Below, piece by piece: positions 44,726-55,983 of a stretch of 64,000 bases of DNA. Source of the DNA: an uncultured Nitrososphaerales archaeon (GTDB taxonomy: Archaea > Thermoproteota > Nitrososphaeria > Nitrososphaerales > Nitrososphaeraceae); the NCBI GenBank assembly GCA_963713605.1, contig CAVQMO010000010.1, positions 832,001 to 896,000 of the forward strand, in the 5' to 3' direction. The notes below the pieces were generated by a model that was not told the DNA's origin, made no database searches, and saw only the letters and a program-made list of their open reading frames with translations. The position numbers were made by a program, and so were the translations under genes. Position 1 is the first letter of the stretch. Each line of letters begins with the position of its first letter.

Positions 44726-46535
44726 TCAATCATGTACATACATGATTGAACCACGGGCATGTACATTTCTGCCGTATAGCTTCCGTCTCGTATCTTCGAG
44801 TATTTGTCGCTGTATATTCTCTTTATTGCTAGCTCTGTAGACATCGCTGATTGCCTGAATCTTTACATCTTCTCCAATCTTCAGATCTTTAGCAACTTTT
44901 TTGACAACATCATACATTATTGGTACAAGTCTTGATTGTTTATAGTCAATGAATCTCTGAACTGAAGCTGGGATGTACAATGATTCATGGCCGAAAAAGC
45001 ACATGCTGGCGGGATAGGTGAAATGTATTCTCGGAATTTAACATTTTGATTTTCAATAACGGAATCTCATCAGGTGATATTGAAATATCATACACTTGTT
45101 TCCAGAACTCTACTAAGTTTCGATTATCTCGTTCAGACACTAACTGATGGCTTGCTTTCTTGGAGACTACATCAACAATGCTACCAAAGTGGCCAGTCGG
45201 GGCTACAATAACTCTATTCCTATAATTTAGTAACATGCGAATAACTGCATTGGCAGTAGCTCCCGCTTCTCTTCTCATTCTAACGTAGTCAAGCACACTT
45301 TCACGAACATAAGCATGTGGACTTAACTCTACGGTCAATTGATGTTTGTGTCGGTATGACTGTTGTGTATTAACTCTGACGTCCACCGAGAAGCCCAAGT
45401 ATAGTTTAGCTTTCTCGCATCTATAGAGTGCAACTGGGTCTTCAAGTAGATAAATTCCATGTCTCATTCTATTCTCTGTAGTATTTTGAATACTCATAGA
45501 AATCACGCGCTCAACCAATCTTCTGATAATTTTGATGTCTTCTGTAGATTCAGCGCCGTTGGCATCAAGCCGCCTAACATTTAATTCTGCAAACTTTGTT
45601 TTTAAATCAGTATCATTTACGGGAAAATAGACTAGATTTCGGCCGTCTGAAACTATTAACTTATCTGATCTAGTATAGAATGATGGCGAGACATTCTCGG
45701 GTAGTACTGCTTCCATTACATCAAAACTAGATGGAACTTCCAAATTAAGAGTTGAAATAGAATTATTATTTGGCTGAGTGTGATCATCATGGTTATTCTG
45801 ATTCAATGAAGCACTTAAGATAAGCTGACTTAGGTTTCGCTGTAACACTTTGGCAGCAAGTTCTTTTGTTAAAACCATCTTGATTGCGCCGGACCCATCA
45901 TACAACTTGCTTGATATTCGTAGATCCCATGCATAGCCCATACCACATTCTTTAGGGCATTTAGTAGCGTCGTACAGAATTAGTGACTTGCATTTGTTAC
46001 AGCGCTTAATTAAACCAGATGTACTGTGAATAGTTGAAATAGTTCCATTCAAAAAAATATGTCTGACTGGCCTGTTAATTGCACCGATCTTTGGAACCCA
46101 TGTATATTCACGAATATCTTCAACATTCTTTGGGTCTAGTTTAGTAAATTCTGTTATTACCAATAATAAAGATCTGTCTGGAAATTCGTGAACATAAGCA
46201 CAATGAATATTATATATAGAATCTCGAATAAGTGGATATGAAATCTTATGGCTGACAAATGATACTTTGCTTGTGGCGTCTTCAAACACGCCGGTGAAGA
46301 CAACTTTTTCTCCGAGAGCGTCGTGCTTTTCCACTGTTTTAAGATAAGCTATTCTGGCTTGTGTCGAAACATATTTTCCAGCTTCCAACTTTGTTAGTGT
46401 AACAGATGGAATCGGTTCACTTAAAGCCGGTGGGGTCGGAAGAGATTTCGGATCTGGATATAGTTCGTTAAATACTTGAGAACTAGTATTACGGGCATTC
46501 TCATCATTCTTACTATAATGTATAACTTCTACCAT
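44726..46535 (-). CDS. RPA-like OB/Zn-finger protein fused to a putative Argonaute N-L1-PAZ lobe (~600 aa; one-base frameshift at ~45021)
   Basis: SGLIKRCNKC...CPKEC...DLRISSKLYDGSG (RPA); LYLGFSVDV...LTVELSPHAYVRESVLDYV and NLVEFWKQVYDISISPDEIPLL...FTYPASMC (L1/PAZ-like). Confidence 0.7.
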
Positions 46536-47588
46536 GCCGAATCACTCCCATCAGTTTTATATGAAATAGCGTCTTGGATTCCGCTTTCTGAGATTGAGAA
46601 TTTCACTCGTTGATATGGTTGACAGGGCGAGTCTTCCATTGTAGCCACTCTATTTTTACCAGACTTTCTTAGAAAGATTCGGTATGTCGAACCATGTGCT
46701 ACTATATTACCCCCCGGCTGCTTTCATGGAATCAAATCCGGGATGTGTGCCGTCGGGATACGATACTATTTGGTTGGTTATCACAACTGCAATATTATAG
46801 ATATCTGCATACCGTCTAAGCTTGTTTAACATCTTTCCAAGTCTCTGCTGTCTATCTGCTAATGTTCCCCGTCCAGAGAACTCAGCTCGATGCAGGGATA
46901 TGATACTATCTATTATTACGAGTTTAGCATTATACTGTTCGATTGATTTGTCTAGATCGTCGATAACTGATTCTAGATGATCACTGCTATAGACTTGACA
47001 ATGAAAGATCTTTTCTAGAATGGGTAATGGATCAAGCCCCCGCTGCTCAGCAATCTGATGTACTCTATTTGCCCGAAATGTATTTTCAGAATCTATGAAA
47101 ATTATGTTTCCCGCTGCTTGATGTTTGTCGTTATTCTTGGTGTCATCACGCTGGTTATTTTCTATAAACTGGTGTGCGGCGATACATAATGTGTGACAAA
47201 TCTGTGACTTGCCAGATCCAAATTCCCCCACCAGCTCAGTGATTGCTTGGGTCTCAAACCCACCATTAAGTAAGTCATCGAAGTCATCTGAACCAGTAGC
47301 ATATCTAGTTAATTTATTGCGCTTTTCCAAGACAACATCAGCAGTAGACAATACACTTGAGAGAGCTCCATTTTCTATCAAAGTCTTTCTAGCATTTGCA
47401 ATGAGGGCGCCGGCTGACTTGACACTAAGCGATGTATCTTCATACTCCGATGATAGTTCAATCGGATTCTGAACAGCTAATTGATAGACTGAATTAATAT
47501 TTAATTTCTTAAGTTTCTTAATCATATCGCTAGTGATATCTGGAATCTCTTCCATAGTAACTTCTTTCAGTCGGCTAGTCATTTGCAT
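46529..47588 (-). CDS. radA: RadA recombinase, island-borne copy (frameshift in a G-run at ~46712)
   Basis: N-terminal HhH domain, GEFGSGKSQICH Walker A, FIDSENTFRANR, LVIIDS, LADRQQRL, TNQ; repaired C terminus AAGGNIVAHGSTYRIFLRKSGKNRVATMEDSP...SAW* overlaps the next ATG. Confidence 0.9.
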
Positions 47589-47948
47589 CACGACAGTGTA
47601 TGTTAAACATTCTTGATTCTTTGTTAATAAAATTAGCAGTAACTTGTAGGCCCGGGGAGTGGGGTATGGATAGCGAGTATTTGACAATCAATAGTTACTG
47701 ACGCTATTTTATTAGTATCAATCACACTCACGATTTCTTAGATCGTAGTTGCTAGGACACAATCCTCCCCCACCTGAAAGTCAGCTGGCATATAATAGTC
47801 ATTTTTGATAAGTACTAGACATGTCAAGACAAAGCCTGTACTAAACTAGTCCCCCCAAAAACAAAGCCTGAAAATCAGGTTCTCGAAACAATAGAAGAAT
47901 CCAGTCTACCAGGTACAAAAAGAAGAGTCGGTGTTGTCTGAGCTAGCC

Positions 47949-48056
47949 ATGGAAATAGAGTGTCCCCGATGTAATGATTTAATGGAATTGTGCTCGAGCT
48001 TCGATAAATTAGTGTACACATGCAACAGTTGCAGTTTTTCGTTGAAATGTGTTTAA
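47949..48056 (+). CDS. Micro zinc-ribbon protein
   Basis: MEIECPRCNDLMELCSSFDKLVYTCNSCSFSLKCV*. Confidence 0.5.
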   Translation: MEIECPRCNDLMELCSSFDKLVYTCNSCSFSLKCV

Positions 48057-48389
48057 AGAAAAGACATACATCTTATCGTAAGATTTTTGTTCAACTAAGA
48101 TGGACTACCAGTTTAGCACTACCAGTTTAGAAGATAAGTGCTGTGATAGCGTTTGGACTGATGTAAAGAATATTGGAATGTTTGATTTGTGTGCTATCGG
48201 CATCATCATCTTAATTGTCATGTTTGTAGGTCCAGCACGGAACTAATGCCCATTTCGACTCATGGATCATTCATGAACGTAATGTAACTCGGGGAATGAA
48301 GATAGAATTTTACAGGAGTAATAACATTGTTATAACTTGTATCCACCAGATAGCCGAGCCGGTTGGTACTTATTGCGCTTAACTTCTAA

Positions 48390-48677
48390 TTAGATAAGAA
48401 TATTGTTTTCTAGCTGTTCTTCGTAATGCAAATTGGAACAGAATATTTCGCCAGGATATGTTACATGCCCTAACTTATCGTACACGCTACCAATTAGATT
48501 CGCCAGCTCAATTGGTTTTGCTATGGATTTCACAATGTACCTGTTTTCTACTAATTCGTTTGAAAGTGTATAATCCAGATCGTATGCAGAAATCGGAATT
48601 ATTATAGTTCCATTATGGTCTTTTATTTTCTTAGCAACAGAATCACCAAAAATATCGCCCAATTTGTAATCCAACAA
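48390..48677 (-). pseudogene. Receiver-domain fragment
   Basis: LDYKLGDIFGDSVAKKIK...ISAYD...IAKPI. Confidence 0.6.
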
Positions 48678-48733
48678 TATGAGGTGAATTTAGTTATAAA
48701 CACATTTTCTCATAAATGGTCTTTTTGAAGCAG

Positions 48734-48904
48734 TTACTTTACTTCCTTTACTGCACATGTGTCACAGTATTTTTCTATGAGCATAACTCCATCGCCTACA
48801 GTGAATAATGCCTCCTGTGTAGCCTTGTTACCACAGGTTGTACAGAATTTTGTCTTTCCACTACTATCGCTAAATGACCTTAACATTGAAAATATTTTTT
48901 CCAT
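48734..48904 (-). CDS. Small zinc-finger protein (56 aa)
   Basis: MEKIFSMLRSF...KFCTTCGNKATQEALFTVGDGVMLIEKYCDTCAVKEVK*. Confidence 0.65.
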   Translation of the reverse strand: MEKIFSMLRSFSDSSGKTKFCTTCGNKATQEALFTVGDGVMLIEKYCDTCAVKEVK

Positions 48905-49126
48905 TCTATTGCTTCACTCTTACTAACATTTCATTGGTTATATTTCTTGGCAATACTGCAACCATGGTACTTGCATCAAATATGAATTTTGGATTGTTAC
49001 TCAATACTATAGGTAGTTGTTGTGCACATAAGAACCTACACTCCCTAATGTAAGTTAATGAGGATTTTGGTAGTGGAAGTCTTTTATAGTTCGCCAGAGG
49101 TTAGAGATTTCTAAAATTGGAGGCCC

Positions 49127-49220
49127 TGCATAGAACGTGTGGGTTCAAGTCATATTGAACAGATTTCCTCGTGGATCATTGAAAACACTTTAAAGTCTTG
49201 TCAAACCCCCTTGGGCCCAC
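49127..49220 (+). repeat. Element-end repeat copy 2 plus attR-like tRNA 3' duplicate
   Basis: ~75-bp repeat, then TCAAACCCCCTTGGGCCCAC (49201-49220) identical to 18630-18649. Confidence 0.9.
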
Positions 49221-49278
49221 GTCAATATTGTCCCTTTATTTAGGCCCATCTCGCATAATAGAGCGTCAAATAGATCGG

Positions 49279-49428
49279 ATGTCAGTCATAGAGCAAGCAA
49301 CAAATCCTCTCTCGCAATTCCTATACGCCTTGAAGGCCCCTGAAACTAAAAGACAATGGCCTAACAGATTGAAAGTTGTTTTTGACTTCTTAGGGCTTGC
49401 TGGCCGACGACCTCAGACAACGTCATAA
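49279..49428 (+). pseudogene. Integrase N-terminal remnant
   Basis: NPLSQFLYALKAPETKRQWPNRLKVVFDFLGL resembles the integrase N-terminal SAM-like domain (cf. FIEGLKSPVTKAAYSYAL at 18760); follows an att copy. Confidence 0.7.
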
Positions 49429-49522
49429 TTGGCTACACGAGAAATGAAATGAGAGAGACATATCTGTGGTATTGCCATATATAGAACCTGAGATTCACTA
49501 CGTAGATCAAGTCACAGGCCAA

Positions 49523-49569
49523 TGATGTTGTTCGACAGCCCCAGATTGTCGTTGCAGTTTTGGCATTAG
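49523..49569 (+). pseudogene. Terminase-like extreme 3'-end remnant
   Basis: LFDSPRLSLQFWH*. Confidence 0.55.
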
Positions 49570-49736
49570 TTAATCAAGAATTATACGGGAGTACCGATTT
49601 AGACTTTATGTATCTTCAAATGATAGATACCATACTACACGATTAGCCATTGATACATTCGGTGGTTTTGGCAATGTGACCATTTTGATACTATATTATA
49701 CTAGGGGCTTCTATGGTTTAAGTGCTATTCTTACCC

Positions 49737-49967
49737 TTATTCCGCTGGCGGCGTTGCATTCCCTTTTCTTATCTGTTGTTCTGTTTTAAGATACTCCTCG
49801 AATTTTACAAGTGATGGTATTAAATAGTGTAAATCATGCAATGTATCATCTACCTTGATGTCTTTCCAGTTTGAGATAATTTTCTGAAAGCGTTCTTCTT
49901 CGTTACTTGGAAAGCCTACTAGTGCGCCATATAATTCACTTATAACCTTGTTCACTTCAGTAGTCAT
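49737..49967 (-). CDS. Hypothetical protein
   Basis: 76-aa ORF, possibly a fragment of a longer gene. Confidence 0.35.
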   Translation of the reverse strand: MTTEVNKVISELYGALVGFPSNEEERFQKIISNWKDIKVDDTLHDLHYLIPSLVKFEEYLKTEQQIRKGNATPPAE

Positions 49968-50289
49968 TTCTTATTCTCCTGCAGCCTCTTTGAAGAGATT
50001 CATCTTATAACTTTCTACACCCTTCATTAGTTTATAAACTTCGCATAATTCTCCATTCCTTAAACTCTCAGGTGCAATCACACATGTAAGATAATTTATC
50101 AACTCTTCTACGCAGTATTAAACCTGTCTCAAATAGTATAAGGAGACTTCTATCATATTCACTACTCCTCATATAACCGAATAATCATCAGGCTTCAAAA
50201 AAGCCTCACTATCATTTATAGAAGATTGATTGTGATTGCAAATGGAGGGAATATGGATTAAAAATTAAAAAAATGGTGGTGGAAATAAC

Positions 50290-50931
50290 TTACCGTGGTT
50301 GCACGAAGAGCCCTGTACCTCTGACCACTGAATCTTGTGGTACTACACAAACTGCTGATGGTGTAGCGTCCCCTGGTCCCACTCCTTTGGGTACGAGGCT
50401 GAATGAAATTGCCTGTTGCACATTGTTTCCTGGAGATAGGGTCAATGGTGCTTTGGTGAAAGAATCAGTGCCCGTGAACGAATTTGGAATCCTGGCTTGT
50501 AGGGCCTCTGTACTCTGTATGCTTACTTGACCTGGGGATTGAAAAGTTATTTTGTTTACTGCTCCTATAGCAGTGGGTGGACATCCTAATCCTGTAGTTG
50601 GCTTCAGCGTTATGAAGTGATTGTGGAATATGGGATTAAGTCCGTTACCACCCTGCGTCGCACTATCCAGCACACCTTTGTGTGTAGTACTCACTATTAT
50701 ACCTCCTTGGGTTAGTAAGCCATAACCAAATGCTGATGGAACTCCATTTCCGTTGGTTGGAATCACACCATTGGTTTTGAATTTCGCATCTAGCCCAGAT
50801 GGATTCTTGCGAACGAGTACCTGATCTAGATTCAGAAAGCCTACTAGTGCTGAGACTGCTATTGGCGATATAATCATTGCTGTCACCAAGGATGCTACCA
50901 CGAATCCGCTAAAAATAATCGCGTTTTTCAT
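50290..50931 (-). CDS. Secreted hypothetical protein
   Basis: Signal peptide; AFGYG...STTHKGVLDS..Q...FHNHF. Confidence 0.7.
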   Translation of the reverse strand: MKNAIIFSGFVVASLVTAMIISPIAVSALVGFLNLDQVLVRKNPSGLDAKFKTNGVIPTNGNGVPSAFGYGLLTQGGIIVSTTHKGVLDSATQGGNGLNPIFHNHFITLKPTTGLGCPPTAIGAVNKITFQSPGQVSIQSTEALQARIPNSFTGTDSFTKAPLTLSPGNNVQQAISFSLVPKGVGPGDATPSAVCVVPQDSVVRGTGLFVQPR

Positions 50932-51380
50932 GCTGATGGAATTATTGATCCAAATTATCGTATTTCTGGATTAGGCAGCCTCTGACTCGAAGAAGAATAT
51001 GAGATGTTTAGGAGACAATTGATCCTAATTCTTAACTACATAAATTTCCAACTATCTAGTTTATGGAATTCCTATAAATATTTCGATATGCTATTAATGG
51101 TTTCTGTAGGTCTGTTAATAGGAATAAATAGAAGGATACTCATTCGATACAATCTAATTATCGAATGAAAAGAAGCCATTTCGGAAAAGTAGAAATTCAA
51201 TTTTTCTTGTTTAATTGCATACCTCAATCTTTTCAAGGATTATTTGAGAATGCATGCTGTAGATGACATACAATCAGAGAAGCAAATGCAACTATTACAA
51301 CAAGCGTCAGCGTAGGAAGAAGAAAGGGATGAATGGAGGAATATAGAGAAGAATTTGAGCCTAACTTTTAAGTCAAAAAT

Positions 51381-51403
51381 GGTTCAAACCCCCTTGGGCC
51401 CAC
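51381..51403 (+). repeat. attR-like duplicate of the tRNA 3' end (23 bp)
   Basis: GGTTCAAACCCCCTTGGGCCCAC identical to 18627-18649. Confidence 0.92.
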
Positions 51404-51494
51404 CTACTACGTGGGTTCATATACTTCTAGACGCCTTAGATGAATTGAAAGAATATCCGATGACGAACAACGGTCAGGAAAAGAGGTTGCACTA

Positions 51495-52461
51495 ATGCCT
51501 ACTTTGCTTTCCACAACAGTCAAACATTTTCACGATAGAGTGCCAAATTCTGTGAATTCCAAGTTAATGGAAGATTTTCATGCCTACATGAAAGACAACA
51601 CAACCTCTGAAAGACATCAGAATAACAACCTGAAGGCCATTATCGCTTTTGCTGGGTTCATAGGATCCGAAACTACATTCTACCAAATTTCCTCAAAAGA
51701 ACAGATAACGAAATTTCATCCTAAAATTAGATCTAATTCTGAAGACCTTGACCAACGATGGATTACGACATGGAATGACTATCTTGTACGTATTAAGCAT
51801 TTTTTTTAGGTGGCTTCATAATCACAGAAGTGGAGTAGACCAGACCCAAGATTTCTCTTCGACTGACTGGTACACTCCAGGGTTCGTAAATATCAAAAAG
51901 AAGAAAACAAAGAGACTAAGTCCTTATGGAGAACATGAGATTTGGAACATTGAGGACCTTAAGACAGTAGTTAAATATGAACCCCACAAACGCAATAAAG
52001 CAGCGTTAGCCCTTCTTTGGGATTTAAATGGAAGAAATCACGAGATTACATTGCTGCGTACCAAGCATGTTAGATTAAGAGAGCGGTACGGAGAAGGCGA
52101 GATTCAGCATCAGGCTAAGACAGGATCTGGTCCGATATTGCTGACCTTTTCATTCCCCTATGTTAGAGACTGGCTGAATGAACATCCGTTTCGTAACACT
52201 CCAGAAGCACGATTAATTTGTAGTCTTAATAATGGTGCACCTATCAAATCTGAAGCTCTTTGGACAATGATGAAGCAACTCAAATCAAGAATAACAAGGA
52301 TGATTAAAAGTTGGGAAATAACTGATGAAACTGAAAGAGAAAGGCTACGAGTACTACTTACCACTAAGAAATTCAATCCGTACTGTCTTCGTCACTCATC
52401 TATCTCGCATGAGTCAGATTTTCTTCCTGACTACGCTCTTAAAGCCTTACAAGCCTCATAA
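51495..52461 (+). pseudogene. Tyrosine integrase of a second family, frameshifted and 3'-truncated
   Basis: RNKAALALLWDLNGRNHEI, AKTG, NPYCLRHSS; ends before the catalytic Tyr. Confidence 0.85.
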
Positions 52462-53035
52462 ACATTAAAGATCTATGATTAAAGATCTATGTTCAATCTC
52501 CTTGATTCTCTGTGACGTCTGCGTTCTCATCAGGAAGCTTTAGGTTTCCTTTTATTAACAATGTATACCTAAGATGGATTTAGTATCAAAATGTCCTCAA
52601 TGCCAAAATGTGAGAACAATTGAAATAATGCCTAGTAATGTAATACCTACGACATGGAGAAGCCCCAGTGTGATAGCTGTGGAAACAGATATTGGGATGA
52701 TTGGAAGGACTTGGTTTAGTCTCAAAAGTTAGTATACATTTTATTACTTAATGAATGTACGATAAATTTAACTGGCATTACTAATTCAGTTATCATTACG
52801 CCGGCTTTGGTCCTGGCACAGTAAACATATTCAGACAATTAATAGGTTTAGAAGAAGCGAAATGGGGAGATGACTTTATCTTGACTGATGATATTAACAA
52901 AGAAGATGATATTAGAAATAAGCGACTCATTAAGACTAAGCAAACTAGTCTCTCTGACTTTTTGAAATAAATATTACGATAAATCTAGTGACCTTGAAGA
53001 TGGAGTGATTACTTGAGGTCTAGATATTCAGGTTC

Positions 53036-53434
53036 TCAATTTTCTTCCAAATATCTCTTCCAGTTATTAACTTCTATATCAAATCCCTTGAGTTGTTCCT
53101 GAAATTGATCATCTGCAAGTCCATCTGGTCTCATAAATGCCCAAGTGGTTGTAGAACCATTCTCGTTAGGAATTACTCTAACATATACCTTCCATTCTAA
53201 TCCTCCACCTACGAATTCATGATCGAGTATTCCAAATTCAGGAACTGGTGAGACTTTCATCCTTCCCTTCCCTGCGACAATGTGATCAAAATTCCACCAA
53301 TCGTCATCGCCTTTTGTAACTGATTTAATCGCGCCGCCAATTACCATATTCTTGACATCGGAAAAGAAATCAAATACATGATTCGCGGGTTTATTCACGG
53401 TCATGACTTTGACGATAACTTGCCTGGGCGCCAT
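53036..53434 (-). CDS. SRPBCC/polyketide cyclase-like protein
   Basis: VFDFFSDVKN...FGILDH...VYVRVIPNENGS. Confidence 0.65.
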   Translation of the reverse strand: MAPRQVIVKVMTVNKPANHVFDFFSDVKNMVIGGAIKSVTKGDDDWWNFDHIVAGKGRMKVSPVPEFGILDHEFVGGGLEWKVYVRVIPNENGSTTTWAFMRPDGLADDQFQEQLKGFDIEVNNWKRYLEEN

Positions 53435-53584
53435 GCAATTGTTCTATGACATCTGTCAGGACGAATATTTATTCCTTAATCTATGACGGCAGTACCTCGT
53501 AAGACATGAAACAAAGGTGCGATGGAATTCCGGGCCGCAATTTACTTACTCAATCAATAACTCCTTAAGATACGAAAACATGTA

Positions 53585-53998
53585 CTATTTCCATTCCCAT
53601 AACCTATGTTTGTAATTACCTAATGCATCTACCTCATACACATTCACTCCAACGAGATGATTAAGAAATGCAAGTCTATTCTCTGAATGTGTTTCATAAA
53701 ATAACGCACCCACGTATCTCATCTTTCCTGACTCAACCATTTTCCCCTCTGTACGACCTGTTGCCGTTGCCATCTCACGACCATCCTTGGTCATTATTAC
53801 TCCTTGACCTTCACTATATGAAGTGCCATCAGGTCTTTGAATTTCCCAATAGGTCCAAGTTGTTGTCACTTCCAGACTCCCTGCGAATAGTCCGGTGCCT
53901 GCGATTGAGATTTCTAATTTGGGAATCCCGTTTTCAACTGATAATACTCGGTGACCAGTGATTTTTCCTTTGCTTTCGAAAAGTAGTTCTCCTAACAT
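53585..53998 (-). CDS. Conserved hypothetical protein
   Basis: MLGELLFESKGKITGHRVL...RPDGTSYSEGQG...LWEWK. Confidence 0.7.
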   Translation of the reverse strand: MLGELLFESKGKITGHRVLSVENGIPKLEISIAGTGLFAGSLEVTTTWTYWEIQRPDGTSYSEGQGVIMTKDGREMATATGRTEGKMVESGKMRYVGALFYETHSENRLAFLNHLVGVNVYEVDALGNYKHRLWEWK

Positions 53999-54088
53999 CT
54001 AACTTTCACAAGACAGTGGCCGTATTAACGATTTATGTAATTCTCTAACGATTATATGTCTAAGCCACGAATAATATGTAACCATAAA

Positions 54089-54217
54089 ATGGAAGAGGTA
54101 CCGGAGAATGATGGTTTTGTGGAAGATGAAGAGGATGATGAAGTCGACATTGATGATGAGTTTGAGGATATAGAAGAAGAAGATTTCGAAGAAAATAATG
54201 ACTCTGAATCTAGATGA
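54089..54217 (+). CDS. Hyperacidic micro-protein (42 aa)
   Basis: MEEVPENDGFVEDEEDDEVDIDDEFEDIEEEDFEENNDSESR*. Confidence 0.45.
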   Translation: MEEVPENDGFVEDEEDDEVDIDDEFEDIEEEDFEENNDSESR

Positions 54218-54681
54218 TATGGGTGCATAAGTTGAACTGATCCTCATCTTTATCCCTTATTTGACCTTTAATATTGACATTTCTTTAATTGATCGTACAT
54301 GTTCCAAATACAATAAATATGTTAATGGATGCCTTTGATTCATTTAAAATGTTGAGGGAGAACTTAGAAGTATTATCATCGATCGTTGATGATCTGAAAG
54401 TCCTAAACCCAACAAAAGGTTTATCTCCAGATTAATTCTTTTAAATATTGGAACCTGTTTTAAGAACCGGTAACGGCACGGAAACCCTTGGGCCCAAAAT
54501 TTATTAGGAATGGTAACCGTCAGGGCATTTATCATGAGCCGGAACAAAACTAGGTGATAGTTTTGGTGCCGGAATGGTAGGTAGGTTCCCGGTTGCTGAA
54601 TAATGAATGAACCCTATCTATGCACAAGTTATCAGCTTTTGCTAGAGGAAGAGTTAGAACCTGTATCTGTACTCCATAAAG

Positions 54682-55983
54682 TCATATTACCAGTAGTGGA
54701 GTAACAAAGGAATGTGAAAGACCTGAATGAGCTTCAAGCCATGCGTAAAGATCTGCTAATACATATTCTTGTATGGGTCCAATTCCAGTCGACCGCTGAG
54801 ATGAAGGATAGAACAGATGTCCTAGATTAGGATAAGTTATCAATGTATGGTCAGGATGATTTACTTCGGTCAGCCTTTGTTGTAAGAGAAACGCTTGCTG
54901 GACTGGAGTCAGAGAATCATTTTCTCCGTTAAGTAGTAGGATACCTGTAGACTTAGAGACATTACCAATGATGCTTAGAGTTGGTATCAAACTGGATAGT
55001 GAACTGCGCATTTCAGGACATCCTCCAAGCTCGTTGCATTTTGACAAATTGAAAGCCGTAAAGTTTTCAAATCCCTTCATGAGCAAGGGATTCAATTGTT
55101 TATCAATACTTATGTAACCAGCCTCAATTGTATTATTTCCAAATTGGTCTATTAGGGCGTTGGTTATGACTTTGCTATTATTAGTATGCAAAAGAGAAGA
55201 CGGCACTAATAAATTCCTTAACAGAGGATCCTTCGCTATTTGTTGTATTGATATCAATCCAGTGTGATTTTTATCCAATACCTGTGTAGCGTACTCTGAG
55301 GGAAAGGATACTGATTGACGGTATGCTGAATCTCGAAAGTTCTCAGCTACTGTACCCATAAGTATTATGTTCTTTACCTTCGTCGAATTATCTATTGCTA
55401 CTCTTGGAGCAATAATTGTACTTTCACTGTGACCGATTATAGATATTCTCTTAGGGTCCACCTCAGGTTGTTGTATAAGAACATTCATAGCTTTCTTACT
55501 GTCTTGAATTAGATCATCGATTGTAGCATTTCCCCACACATTTGTGTCCAAAATAGTATGATTTACACCAACACCTCTTTTATCGTACCGAAGTACTCCA
55601 AAGCCTCTTTCGGATAGATATTCAGCGATTTGAAAGAATGGTCTAGCAGGTGGGTATACCATTGCACCTGTTTCGTTATCAATACGGACGAAGTCTAGAG
55701 TTTCGTTCATATCTTGAGCACCAGAACCAGGAATAAGTACAACACCAGGAAATGGCCCTTTGCCAACTGCAGGAAAAGTAAGTTGGGCGTTACTCTTAAC
55801 TCCATTTCCTAAGTCTATTACGAGATCTCTATATTTTATTGTTGGAATGTATTGTTGAGCTAGCGCATGGTCTTGTAGTTTAAAAAAAGCAGTAGACAAA
55901 CAAGATAACCCAAGCGTACCTATCAAAAATAATCCAAGAGTTAGCGTCACACTTTTTTGTACGAGAGTACAATTGTGACACAA
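54682..55983 (-). CDS. Secreted alpha/beta hydrolase (aminopeptidase S33-like)
   Basis: LIPGSG, LRYDKRG, IGHSES nucleophile elbow, GENDS, NLGH. Confidence 0.85.
   Translation of the reverse strand: MCHNCTLVQKSVTLTLGLFLIGTLGLSCLSTAFFKLQDHALAQQYIPTIKYRDLVIDLGNGVKSNAQLTFPAVGKGPFPGVVLIPGSGAQDMNETLDFVRIDNETGAMVYPPARPFFQIAEYLSERGFGVLRYDKRGVGVNHTILDTNVWGNATIDDLIQDSKKAMNVLIQQPEVDPKRISIIGHSESTIIAPRVAIDNSTKVKNIILMGTVAENFRDSAYRQSVSFPSEYATQVLDKNHTGLISIQQIAKDPLLRNLLVPSSLLHTNNSKVITNALIDQFGNNTIEAGYISIDKQLNPLLMKGFENFTAFNLSKCNELGGCPEMRSSLSSLIPTLSIIGNVSKSTGILLLNGENDSLTPVQQAFLLQQRLTEVNHPDHTLITYPNLGHLFYPSSQRSTGIGPIQEYVLADLYAWLEAHSGLSHSFVTPLLVI

Noticed and set aside
44726..46535. Complete Argonaute nuclease
   Set aside because: The protein ends ~90 aa after the PAZ-like motif; no MID or PIWI (DEDX) region is visible here or nearby.
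47829..47870. ACAAAGCCTG direct repeat and CCTGA-AAA-TCAGG palindrome upstream of radA as a damage-response operator
   Set aside because: About 250 bp from the start codon with only two short copies; cannot be distinguished from chance without comparative data.
54483..54496. Additional att site (AACCCTTGGGCCCA)
   Set aside because: Only ~12 bp match the tRNA end, with no right arm and no integrase; may be a decayed site but is unsupported.
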